From: Phoronis australis
Taxonomy: Eukaryota > Animalia > Phoronida
Direction of reading: 5' to 3'
Assembly (NCBI GenBank): GCA_002633005.1
Contig: NMRA01000065.1
Coordinates: 921,066-985,065 of the forward strand
Length of the DNA stretch: 64,000 nt
Made by a program: the position numbers and the translations under genes. Below the pieces are notes generated by a model. The model saw only the letters and a list, made by a program, of their open reading frames with translations, was not told where the DNA came from and made no database searches. Below are positions 63,696-64,000 of this stretch, piece by piece (the first letter of the stretch is position 1; each line of letters begins with the position of its first letter).

Positions 63696-64000
63696 CTGTA
63701 GTAGAAAAGACACACATAATACAATTAAACATACACAATATAAGATATTTTGGCATGATAACGTCAAACTCACAATCCTAAGTTCTGACTGCACCGGAGG
63801 AACGACAACGCACATTCCATTCTGCAAAAGCAATATGCTCAAAAATCACAAAAATCGTCTGAAACAATGAAAACTTTCTCTTATGGTTAGAAAAAGTTTC
63901 CACTTACTTCAACACTTGGCAGCAAATGGAGGTTGTGTATTGGTGGAGACTGGGGCCGTCCCCCTTTAACCAAAACATTCACAGGGCACATGTAGCTTTC

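Noticed and set aside
63908-64000. GTAAGT donor on the minus strand at 63902-63907 with an open frame upstream, a possible additional separase exon
   Set aside because: The phase-0 translation (ESYMCPVNVL...LPSVE) shows no recognisable separase similarity and the window ends before any acceptor or start can be assessed; left unresolved.

Overview
This is AT-rich, intron-rich animal (invertebrate-type) genomic DNA containing two large convergent spliced genes, both starting outside the window. On the minus strand (63695 to 32856) are 24 phase-consistent GT-AG exons encoding ~2230 aa of separase (ESPL1). Its catalytic His/Cys, the CDK1 site equivalent to human S1126, a Cys/His cluster and three ExxR autocleavage motifs are all recognisable. 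On the plus strand (1314 to 30852) are 19-20 phase-consistent exons encoding ~2000 aa of an unrecognised coiled-coil/low-complexity protein, including a 3.16-kb exon with ~15-aa repeats. The introns hold many mobile-element relics: an RNase H non-LTR fragment, a REL-endonuclease non-LTR fragment, a young hAT-type element with perfect TIRs and TSD, a 6-bp-TSD MITE, two CCGTA-ended Tc1/mariner-type elements, a tRNA-derived SINE head and minisatellites. There is one 696-N assembly gap. The most unusual signals are a TIR element carrying a decayed HIRAN-like gene instead of a transposase, and a multi-hairpin C/D-box-like intronic RNA candidate. No prokaryotic features (CRISPR, operons, rRNA) are supported.
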